A DNA stretch of 58,740 nt from an uncultured virus (IMG/VR IMGVR_UViG_3300021961_000029) (Duplodnaviria; Heunggongvirae; Uroviricota; Caudoviricetes), in the IMG/VR virus record IMGVR_UViG_3300021961_000029. The stretch is one strand, 5' to 3'. The translations under genes and the position numbers were made by a program. The number at the start of each line of letters is the position of its first letter. The first letter of the stretch is position 1. Below, in pieces: positions 51,301 through 58,740 of the stretch. Under the pieces are notes generated by a model. That model was given only the letters and a program-made list of their open reading frames with translations, did no database searches and was not told the DNA's origin.

Positions 51301-52559
51301 AAGCTTTTTGTGACACACCTAGTGGATGTACATTAGTAAGTGACGTATTTTTCGAGGTTATTGGATATAAAACAGGTGTACAACAAGGTTCTACATGGCC
51401 ATTCCACATTTACGCTAACTGTGTAAGTGGAACAAATGAGAATGCGGACGTACACATTGAAAAAGTTAGTGATTGTGTGTACAAACTAACAGGTGTATCT
51501 GAAAATGACGTAATTAATTTTAATATTGTTGACGCAGCAAATAAGGAAGTTAACTTTAAAATTGATGGACTACAAGGAAAGATAGAACACGACCCATGTC
51601 CAACACCTAATGGTAAAAGTCACGTAGAATTATTCAATATTGTTGGTTACCAAGGGTCAATATCGAACCCAATTTCTGTTATTTCAGGTGCAACATATTG
51701 TGATAACTACACGGGTTACACAATACAACCTAAAGTTGAATATAAATCAATTTTCAATTACGGTTTAAAATGTGATTCCATAGTTTTAGCGGTTAATAGT
51801 GGATTAACCATTAATAATCAAACCACAGAAGCGAATGTTCAAACATACATAGGTAATGGTTCTATTGTAGAGAAAAATGTGTGTGATTTAAATGTTGGTG
51901 AATTCGTTTTATCTGCATCATATAAACCATGTTCAGGATACACAAACCAACAGATTGTAAACGGACCTGTTTCGGGTTACTCTTTCACATTTAATTACCA
52001 AAAACTTGAAATTACCGATATCGAATGTTTGGCTTCAGTTAAAAAAAGTATTATTACCGGATTGACTTTAAATAACACTTATGAAGTTTTTGAAGTTTTA
52101 CCGACAACACAATTAAGAGTCTATACAAACAGAATAGTTGAAGATTTTGGTACACCAACAAATAGTACCTATTTCTTTGATGACCGTTTCCCTGAAGAAT
52201 TACAAAAGAAACCAACGGATTTTATAGAACCTTGTTGTGACCACCCTAAAGAATTATATAATCATGGAGATTATTTAATAAACCAATATGGTGACATAAT
52301 AGAAGTTATTGATGTAGATTTAAATTACTGTGAATCAGGATTGTACTTTAATTTAAATTTCGAATTAAACAACACACCACTAACAGATGAATTTGTTGTC
52401 GTTTTCAACGGAAATACGGACGAACAAATCCTAATGAAACACAAATACAATAAACATCCAAACATCGGATTTAATCTCGGTCAATATTATATCGACGCCA
52501 ATTATTGTTCTACAGAACCAACCAATGTAGAATTAAGTAGTTCCATTTTTGATTGCTAA
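48318..52559 (+). CDS. Baseplate wedge-like protein (gp7 / P2 gpI-like motif) with Cys-rich C-terminal region
   Basis: LPDVLLKNLAENLG and IYKSKGTRSSIDFFLKFLG resemble wedge proteins. Confidence 0.6.
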   Translation: MAKRKVPSQASSGAETFSDFLVGRQITDGSSALTNTVFALDKSIPDKDSKNFTSNPFSQFLTLDTLKEVEGIQTTSPTPRKKRTDEVRFKGNKKYADKSLFGSLRSRILVSLTKIINKFPGAISILADSPIGVSNFSASGITYNDSTNTTTFYIERSKIFNPFELVFVEPNSVIKPETENELRNFYSSYTKYVVVTDNTPYPILEYTEPNTDNKILLRVYGKPFTGSTYSSNLLIRPNDGLVEEFFQGLDDLEESLLNRDTNPIYTSTFKVPRDTQDNTKTSLVDVVLTWPISSDGYNIQITGFDYDIYVNHLKDIADEIDGYKSNLMVRFLAAPQLFEFDTEDKRAESVFQLYGQSFDSVKKYIDNIAYMRNVSYDGINNLPDVLLKNLAENLGLSTLNLFDENSLNDVLYSRLDSNYNGVSTGTNLVEAEYEFYRRLLINLAHIYKSKGTRSSIDFFLKFLGAPEPLIRIDEYVYKVTSIPASFDLQQDIYDAIQGNKTYSYATFDTTGYTYTNVTYSASTTFDRDGYPVDELTGLPRRAFNATEGIFFEKGSGWYDITLSHRSPLVLDSENSTLTGTTKSIKTKNKGYTYGEDYFNLYRTLPGLDTGYELVPDIDNGNGKPIEDDYLLILNRKNIGIYISPARGIDYDIYRQSRELLISFGSNTLLPQTGKTFAEFLDTFIHGLVTNSNKIRYKKNYIQLEDVFQDYISQTTGFTPYNQINVIEFVNKLSPYWPQLVEQLVPSTTLWTGGNLIENNIFGRPKYQYRYDCQPLEFIEELYPDFETIIEEDLENILGEENNFRGLINLTGVTYYPIIEIDGTIYGGADYTGLTSSMYVILSGTSNTSNSAKLFDPQPFTGCTSGVTSGDTVNLSLICDYKTYLEPNVTQIKSLWLNALSELISDITITRNSAGYVPYSAFTGTTGQTYFSETIPLIKYQTFIDENDVEKVKFSSVKLGPNECSVTDYFDYRFEADYNVTKNTNGISVKVYTDNEAFCDTPSGCTLVSDVFFEVIGYKTGVQQGSTWPFHIYANCVSGTNENADVHIEKVSDCVYKLTGVSENDVINFNIVDAANKEVNFKIDGLQGKIEHDPCPTPNGKSHVELFNIVGYQGSISNPISVISGATYCDNYTGYTIQPKVEYKSIFNYGLKCDSIVLAVNSGLTINNQTTEANVQTYIGNGSIVEKNVCDLNVGEFVLSASYKPCSGYTNQQIVNGPVSGYSFTFNYQKLEITDIECLASVKKSIITGLTLNNTYEVFEVLPTTQLRVYTNRIVEDFGTPTNSTYFFDDRFPEELQKKPTDFIEPCCDHPKELYNHGDYLINQYGDIIEVIDVDLNYCESGLYFNLNFELNNTPLTDEFVVVFNGNTDEQILMKHKYNKHPNIGFNLGQYYIDANYCSTEPTNVELSSSIFDC

Positions 52560-52583
52560 TGATAAAAACAATAAAAATAGACG

Positions 52584-52614
52584 TTGACAAACCCCTAAAA
52601 ATTGAGTATATTTT
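52584..52614 (+). promoter_or_regulatory. Putative promoter for the mucin-like gene
   Basis: TTGACA-N17-TATATT about 40 nt upstream of ATG 52653. Confidence 0.45.
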
Positions 52615-52652
52615 TATAATAAAAATAGATATAGATAAGACTGTAGATTTAA

Positions 52653-55600
52653 ATGGCATTAATAAAGATAAACACAGGTAATTTTGATGGTGAAATTGGT
52701 GTTATCACATTTTATCCCTGTACTGGCGGTACCATTAATTTAGGTACTGTTGTGATGCCGTATTATTACGACACAACTTATTACTTAGGAACCTATTCAG
52801 TTTATTTTCCATCGCATGACAAAACATGTTACGCGGCAATTAATTGTCCATCCCCAACACCTTCAATTACACCTTCTGTTACACCAAGTTTAACGCCAAC
52901 ACCACAAAGTACACCTCCTGTTACACCAACTGTCACAACCACACCTTCAGTAACACCAACTGTCACAACAACCCCATCAGTAACTTCAACTCCATCAGTG
53001 ACTCCATCAGTTACTCCAACGAGTTCAATTACCCCAACCCCATCGGTTACACCAACAAGAACACCAGATGTTACACCATCAGTTACACCTTCTGTAACTC
53101 CAACTAGCTCGATTACACCATCAATCACACCCACTAGCTCTGTAACTCCATCTATTACACCTTCAGAGACTCCAAGTGTAACACCAACAAGTTCAGTTAC
53201 TCCAAGTGTTACACCATCAGTTACTCCTTCTATCACACCATCGGTTACCACATCTGTTACACCAACTTCTTCAGTAACACCAAGTTTAACACCGTCGTTA
53301 ACTCCAAGTGAGACTCCGTCTGTAACACCAACTTCGTCGGTTACACCTTCAGTAACACCATCGGTTACCACATCTGTTACACCAACTTCTTCAGTAACAC
53401 CATCTGTTACTAGTTCTGTTACACCAACAAGTTCAGTAACTCCATCAGTTACACCATCGGTTACTCCGTCTTTAACACCATCTATAACCCCAACAAGTTC
53501 CGTTACACCATCTGTTACGAGTTCAGTGACTCCATCTATAACCGCTTCAGTAACTCCATCAGTTACACCTACTAGTTCGGTTACACCATCTATCACACCA
53601 TCAGTCACACCATCTGTAACTCCAACAAGTTCCGTAACTCCGAGTGTTACACCATCAATTACTTCAAGTGTTACACCGTCAGTTACAAGCTCTGTAACAC
53701 CAACAAGTTCAGTAACCCCATCATTAACACCATCGATAACAAGTTCAGTAACCCCTTCAGTAACACCAACATCATCTGTAACTCCATCGGTAACACCATC
53801 TGTTACCAGTTCCGTAACTCCAAGTGTTACTAGTTCTGTAACCCCTTCGGTTACCCCGTCAATCACACCAAGTGTAACCCCAACTTCGTCTGTAACTCCA
53901 TCGGTTACACCTTCGGTCACTAGTTCAGTTACACCATCGGTAACACCTTCTGTTACAAGTTCAGTTACACCATCACTAACACCATCAGTAACACCATCAG
54001 TTACTAGTTCTGTTACACCCTCTGTTACTCCATCAGTAACTCCGACATCATCTGTAACACCATCAGTTACAAGTTCATTGACTCCAAGTGTAACACCATC
54101 CGTTACACCGTCAGTTACTTCAAGTGTCACTCCATCGGTAACACCTTCAGTAACACCTACATCATCGGTAACCCCATCAATTACACCAAGTATAACACCG
54201 TCAGTCACCCCAACATCATCTGTTACCCCATCGATTACACCAAGTGTCACTCCATCAGTTACACCATCGGTTACACCTTCGGTCACTAGTTCCGTTACAC
54301 CATCATTGACACCGTCAGTAACCCCAACCTCGAGTATAACACCTTCCGTAACTCCTTCTGTAACTTCAAGTGTTACTCCATCAGTAACGAGCTCGGTAAC
54401 CCCTTCAGTTACTAGTTCGGTTACACCATCGGTTACCTCATCGGTTACACCAACCTCATCCGTAACTCCTTCTGTTACACCATCAAGAACACCATCATTA
54501 ACACCTTCAGTTACTAGTTCAGTTACACCATCTGTTACTTCAAGTGTAACCCCATCGATTACTAGTTCCGTAACACCAACGTCATCAGTTACACCTTCTG
54601 TAACACCTTCGGTAACCCCTTCTGTAACATCATCTGTAACACCATCATTAACACCTTCCGTAACTCCTTCAATAACACCATCTGTTACTAGTTCCGTAAC
54701 ACCAACTAGTTCCGTAACCCCTTCGGTTACAAGTTCGGTTACTCCATCTGTAAGTTCATCTGTAACACCAAGTTTAACACCCTCAAGAACACCTTCAGTT
54801 ACACCATCAATCACACCTTCCGTAACTCCAACAAGTTCTGTTACCCCATCACTTACACCAAGTGTGACAAGTTCAGTAACTCCATCAGTCACTAGTTCTG
54901 TAACTCCTTCAATAACACCATCTGTTACTAGTTCCGTTACACCAAGTGAAACACCAAGTGTTACACCTACTAGTTCAGTAACACCATCTGCTACACCAAG
55001 TATAACACCAAGTGAAACACCATCGGTAACACCATCTGTTACTAGTTCAGTTACACCAAGTATAACACCTAGTGTTACTAGTTCCGTTACACCAAGTATA
55101 ACACCATCAATCACTCCAAGTGAAACACCAAGTGTTACACCAACATCAAGTGTTACTCCGTCAGTTACTAGTTCTGTAACTCCATCAGTCACACCAACAT
55201 CATCAGTTACACCAAGTATAACACCAAGTGCAACACCTTCGGTTACACCCTCTAGTTCAGTTACTCCAAGTGTCACTAGTTCAGTAACACCATCAGTAAC
55301 CCCATCTGTTACTTCATCAGTTACACCAAGTATAACACCGTCAATCACTCCTAGTGAAACTCCGTCTATAACCCCAACAAGTTCTGTAACTCCATCAGTT
55401 ACTAGTTCAGTTACACCATCTATCACACCAACATCATCAGTTACTCCAAGTATAACTCCAAGTATCACACCAAGTGAAACTCCATCTGTTACACCAACTA
55501 GTTCAGTTACACCGTCGGTTACTCCAAGTATAACTCCAAGTGAAACTCCATCTGTAACCCCAACATCATCCGTTACACCAAGTATAACACCATCAATCAC

Positions 55601-58600
55601 ACCAAGTGAAACACCAAGTGTTACACCTACTAGTTCAGTAACACCATCTGTTACCGCATCGGTTACACCTAGTGAAACACCAAGTGTTACACCGACTAGT
55701 TCAGTTACACCTTCGGTTACTTCATCCGTAACACCAAGCGTTACACCAAGTGTTACACCTACTAGTTCAGTTACACCAAGTATAACACCTAGTGTTACTA
55801 GTTCAGTTACACCAACCAGTTCCGTAACACCGTCGATAACACCAAGTGAAACTCCATCTGTAACCCCAACTAGTTCAGTAACACCGTCGGTTACTGCATC
55901 GGTAACTCCAAGTATAACCCCATCTGTTACTAGTTCCGTTACACCAAGTATCACACCAAGTGAAACTCCATCTGTTACACCAACTAGTTCGGTTACACCG
56001 TCGGTTACTGCATCGGTAACTCCAAGTATAACCCCATCTGTAACTCCAACATCAAGTGTTACTCCGTCAGTTACACCAAGTATAACTCCAAGTGAAACAC
56101 CAAGTGTTACACCGACATCATCAGTTACACCAAGTATAACTCCAAGTGAAACACCAAGTGTTACACCGACATCATCTGTTACACCTTCGGTGACACCATC
56201 TGTTACTAGTTCCGTTACACCAAGTATAACACCATCAGTTACCGCATCGGTTACACCATCAGTGACACCTTCCGTTACCGCAAGTGTTACACCATCAGTC
56301 ACTAGTTCTGTTACACCAAGTATAACTCCAAGTGAAACACCTTCGGTTACACCCACTAGTTCGGTAACACCATCTGTTACTGCGTCTGTTACACCAAGTA
56401 TAACTCCATCAGTTACTGCGTCTGTTACACCAAGTATAACACCGTCGATAACACCAAGTGAAACTCCATCTGTAACCCCAACTAGTTCTGTTACACCAAG
56501 TATAACACCTTCAGTTACAGCATCCGTTACTCCAAGTGTTACTAGTTCAGTTACACCATCTGTCACCGCATCGGTAACTCCATCAGTTACACCCACGAGT
56601 TCAGTTACACCATCTGTCACCGCATCGGTTACACCGAGTATAACCCCATCTATAACTCCCTCAGTAACATCATCGGTAACCCCAAGTATAACACCTTCCA
56701 TTACTCTAACTAGTTCTGTAACACCGTCAATCACTCCAAGTGAAACACCTTCGGTTACACCTACTAGTTCGGTTACACCGTCGATAACACCAAGTGAAAC
56801 ACCTTCGGTTACTCCAAGTGAAACCCCAAGTGTTACTCCGTCAGTTACTAGTTCAGTAACGCCGTCGGTTACACCATCTGTTACTAGTTCCGTAACACCA
56901 ACTAGTTCCGTAACCCCTTCCGTTACGACATCTAGAACACCATCAGTAACCCCTACAAGTTCAGTAACACCAAGTGTAACACCATCTGTTACCCCATCAG
57001 TAACACCCTCTGTCACAAGTTCAGTAACACCTTCTGTTACATCATCTGTAACCCCGAGTGTTACTCCAACAAGTTCAGTTACTCCAAGTGTAACTCCTTC
57101 TATTACACCATCACTAACACCAAGTAGAACTCCGTCAGTCACCCCAACTAGTTCCGTTACACCATCGGTTACACCTTCGGTCACTAGTTCCGTTACACCA
57201 TCAATTACACCTACAAGTTCAGTAACACCAAGTGTAACCTCATCGGTAACACCTTCTATTACTAGTTCTGTCACCCCATCAGTAACTCCATCTGTCACAC
57301 CAAGCGTTACACCAACTAGTTCTGTAACTCCATCGGTTACTCCGTCTTTAACACCATCAGTAACCCCTACACCAGCACCTTCATGTGACATTGATTATAC
57401 GATGTTACCATCACCAACGCCAACAAGTACACCAACACCTTCAGTAACACCAAGTTTAACACCGTCCGTAACCGCGTCATTAACACCTTCAGTTACACCA
57501 TCATTAACACCTTCAGTTTCGAGTTCCGTAACACCATCCGTTACACCATCAGTCACTAATTCGGTTACACCATCTATCACACCATCTGTCACACCATCAC
57601 TTACACCATCAGTAACACCAACTAGTTCCGTAACACCATCATTAACACCTTCGGTAACAAGTTCTGTAACTCCATCTGTAACAAGTTCAATAACTCCATC
57701 TGTAACAAGTTCGATTACTCCGTCAGTTACACCAACTTCATCTGTTACACCATCAATTACCCCATCGAGGACACCAAGCGTTACACCAAGTAGTTCAGTT
57801 ACCCCATCTGTTACCTCATCGGTTACACCAAGTGTTACACCATCTGTCACTAGTTCTGTAACACCATCTATTACCGCATCCGTAACTCCGAGCGTAACCC
57901 CAACATCGTCAGTAACACCTTCCGTTACATCATCTGTAACCCCAAGTATAACACCATCAGTAACTCCTTCAGTAACATCATCAGTCACACCATCCTTAAC
58001 ACCAAGTGTAACATCTTCAGTAACACCAACATCGAGCGTTACTCCATCAGTAACTTCATCAGTGACCCCATCTGTTACCTCATCGGTTACTCCTACAAGT
58101 TCTGTCACACCTTCGGTAACACCTTCAGTTACTCCTTCGGTTACTGCAACTAGTTCGGTAACACCATCTGTAACCCCAAGTGTAACACCATCCGTAACAC
58201 CAACATCATCTGTTACACCGTCAGTAACACCGAGTAGAACACCATCAGTTACCCCATCCGTAACCTCATCGGTGACACCAAGTGTTACTCCATCTATCAC
58301 ACCTTCCGTTACCGCATCGGTAACACCAACAAGTTCAGTTACCCCATCGGTAACCGCTTCACTAACACCTTCAGTAACCCCTACAAGTTCAGTAACACCA
58401 TCTGTTACATCATCTGTAACTCCGAGTGTTACTCCTTCTGTTACACCATCAGTAACTCCGTCAGTAACAAGTTCTGTTACTCCATCAGTAACTCCGACAT
58501 CGAGTGTTACACCATCGGTAACTTCATCAGTAACCCCAAGTGTTACCCCAAGTAGTTCAGTTACACCGTCAGTTACTTCAAGTGTCACTCCATCGGTAAC

Positions 58601-58740
58601 ACCTTCTGTCACTAGTTCGGTCACCCCATCCGTAACACCAACTTCTTCGGTTACTCCTTCAGTAACAAGTTCTGTTACCCCATCGGTAACTTCATCAGTA
58701 ACCCCAACATCATCAGTTACTCCATCAGTAACACCATCTG
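52653..58740 (+). CDS. Giant mucin-like Ser/Thr/Pro/Val repeat protein (at least 2029 aa, 3' truncated)
   Basis: ATG 52653: [31 protein letters not shown]...TCYAAINC, then ([22 protein letters not shown])n. Frame open to the window end. Missing from the track because it has no stop. Confidence 0.9.
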   Translation, partial: MALIKINTGNFDGEIGVITFYPCTGGTINLGTVVMPYYYDTTYYLGTYSVYFPSHDKTCYAAINCPSPTPSITPSVTPSLTPTPQSTPPVTPTVTTTPSVTPTVTTTPSVTSTPSVTPSVTPTSSITPTPSVTPTRTPDVTPSVTPSVTPTSSITPSITPTSSVTPSITPSETPSVTPTSSVTPSVTPSVTPSITPSVTTSVTPTSSVTPSLTPSLTPSETPSVTPTSSVTPSVTPSVTTSVTPTSSVTPSVTSSVTPTSSVTPSVTPSVTPSLTPSITPTSSVTPSVTSSVTPSITASVTPSVTPTSSVTPSITPSVTPSVTPTSSVTPSVTPSITSSVTPSVTSSVTPTSSVTPSLTPSITSSVTPSVTPTSSVTPSVTPSVTSSVTPSVTSSVTPSVTPSITPSVTPTSSVTPSVTPSVTSSVTPSVTPSVTSSVTPSLTPSVTPSVTSSVTPSVTPSVTPTSSVTPSVTSSLTPSVTPSVTPSVTSSVTPSVTPSVTPTSSVTPSITPSITPSVTPTSSVTPSITPSVTPSVTPSVTPSVTSSVTPSLTPSVTPTSSITPSVTPSVTSSVTPSVTSSVTPSVTSSVTPSVTSSVTPTSSVTPSVTPSRTPSLTPSVTSSVTPSVTSSVTPSITSSVTPTSSVTPSVTPSVTPSVTSSVTPSLTPSVTPSITPSVTSSVTPTSSVTPSVTSSVTPSVSSSVTPSLTPSRTPSVTPSITPSVTPTSSVTPSLTPSVTSSVTPSVTSSVTPSITPSVTSSVTPSETPSVTPTSSVTPSATPSITPSETPSVTPSVTSSVTPSITPSVTSSVTPSITPSITPSETPSVTPTSSVTPSVTSSVTPSVTPTSSVTPSITPSATPSVTPSSSVTPSVTSSVTPSVTPSVTSSVTPSITPSITPSETPSITPTSSVTPSVTSSVTPSITPTSSVTPSITPSITPSETPSVTPTSSVTPSVTPSITPSETPSVTPTSSVTPSITPSITPSETPSVTPTSSVTPSVTASVTPSETPSVTPTSSVTPSVTSSVTPSVTPSVTPTSSVTPSITPSVTSSVTPTSSVTPSITPSETPSVTPTSSVTPSVTASVTPSITPSVTSSVTPSITPSETPSVTPTSSVTPSVTASVTPSITPSVTPTSSVTPSVTPSITPSETPSVTPTSSVTPSITPSETPSVTPTSSVTPSVTPSVTSSVTPSITPSVTASVTPSVTPSVTASVTPSVTSSVTPSITPSETPSVTPTSSVTPSVTASVTPSITPSVTASVTPSITPSITPSETPSVTPTSSVTPSITPSVTASVTPSVTSSVTPSVTASVTPSVTPTSSVTPSVTASVTPSITPSITPSVTSSVTPSITPSITLTSSVTPSITPSETPSVTPTSSVTPSITPSETPSVTPSETPSVTPSVTSSVTPSVTPSVTSSVTPTSSVTPSVTTSRTPSVTPTSSVTPSVTPSVTPSVTPSVTSSVTPSVTSSVTPSVTPTSSVTPSVTPSITPSLTPSRTPSVTPTSSVTPSVTPSVTSSVTPSITPTSSVTPSVTSSVTPSITSSVTPSVTPSVTPSVTPTSSVTPSVTPSLTPSVTPTPAPSCDIDYTMLPSPTPTSTPTPSVTPSLTPSVTASLTPSVTPSLTPSVSSSVTPSVTPSVTNSVTPSITPSVTPSLTPSVTPTSSVTPSLTPSVTSSVTPSVTSSITPSVTSSITPSVTPTSSVTPSITPSRTPSVTPSSSVTPSVTSSVTPSVTPSVTSSVTPSITASVTPSVTPTSSVTPSVTSSVTPSITPSVTPSVTSSVTPSLTPSVTSSVTPTSSVTPSVTSSVTPSVTSSVTPTSSVTPSVTPSVTPSVTATSSVTPSVTPSVTPSVTPTSSVTPSVTPSRTPSVTPSVTSSVTPSVTPSITPSVTASVTPTSSVTPSVTASLTPSVTPTSSVTPSVTSSVTPSVTPSVTPSVTPSVTSSVTPSVTPTSSVTPSVTSSVTPSVTPSSSVTPSVTSSVTPSVTPSVTSSVTPSVTPTSSVTPSVTSSVTPSVTSSVTPTSSVTPSVTPS
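52848..58740 (+). repeat. Degenerate 12-/18-nt coding tandem repeat
   Basis: Units such as GTTACACCATCA/GTAACTCCAAGT varying mainly at third codon positions; interrupted once at 57384-57407. Confidence 0.95.

Noticed and set aside
148..53107. Short nested or antisense ORFs in the track (e.g. 148-384, 10627-10908, 16402-16731, 27616-28053, 31188-31748, 36266-36619, 52844-53107)
   Set aside because: Overlap well-supported genes, have no recognisable motifs, and have the composition expected of off-frame or antisense translation.
52829..58624. Long minus-strand ORFs of 1520 aa and 409 aa (VTDG/VTEL repeats)
   Set aside because: Antisense shadows of the plus-strand S/T/P/V ORF with shared wobble positions. 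Minus-strand stops need Tyr/His/Gln codons on the plus strand, which the repeat almost lacks; the break falls exactly at the Tyr of CDIDY. The plus frame has the ATG, a promoter and a unique N-terminal domain.
52848..58740. CRISPR array or non-coding satellite
   Set aside because: No constant repeat with unique spacers; variation follows codon wobble; no cas genes.

Overview
AT-rich, gene-dense segment of a large contractile-tailed (myovirus/jumbo-type, distantly T4-like) dsDNA phage using the standard genetic code. Promoter shape and A-rich, Shine-Dalgarno-free start regions suggest a Bacteroidota host (inference). Gene order: end of a PA14/GLEYA-domain gene, family-B DNA polymerase, neck genes, an orphan PD-(D/E)xK-like gene, SNF2 helicase, tail terminator, a small RHH gene missing from the ORF track, sheath, tube, tail chaperone pair, tape measure, large baseplate/hub proteins, a replication block (SSB, RecA/UvsX, 5'-3' exonuclease, DnaB-like helicase, class Ia nrdB/nrdA), baseplate wedge and accessory virion genes, and a >2000-aa mucin-like Ser/Thr/Pro/Val repeat ORF that runs off the window (also missing from the track). 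Most notable observations: (1) an [S/T]-G-x-T motif strongly enriched in probably exposed virion proteins but not in enzymes, a candidate sequon for virion surface modification; (2) the giant mucin-like ORF; (3) a near-perfect bacterial parS site beside a CTAG array in the sheath-tube intergenic region, a candidate origin/segregation locus; (4) a pseudoknot-like structured element after nrdA; (5) a likely +1 frameshift in the tail chaperone pair; (6) a TATTTAT motif before structural genes; (7) strong GATC avoidance. All product calls come from motif recognition by eye and all counts are hand counts; no database search was run.
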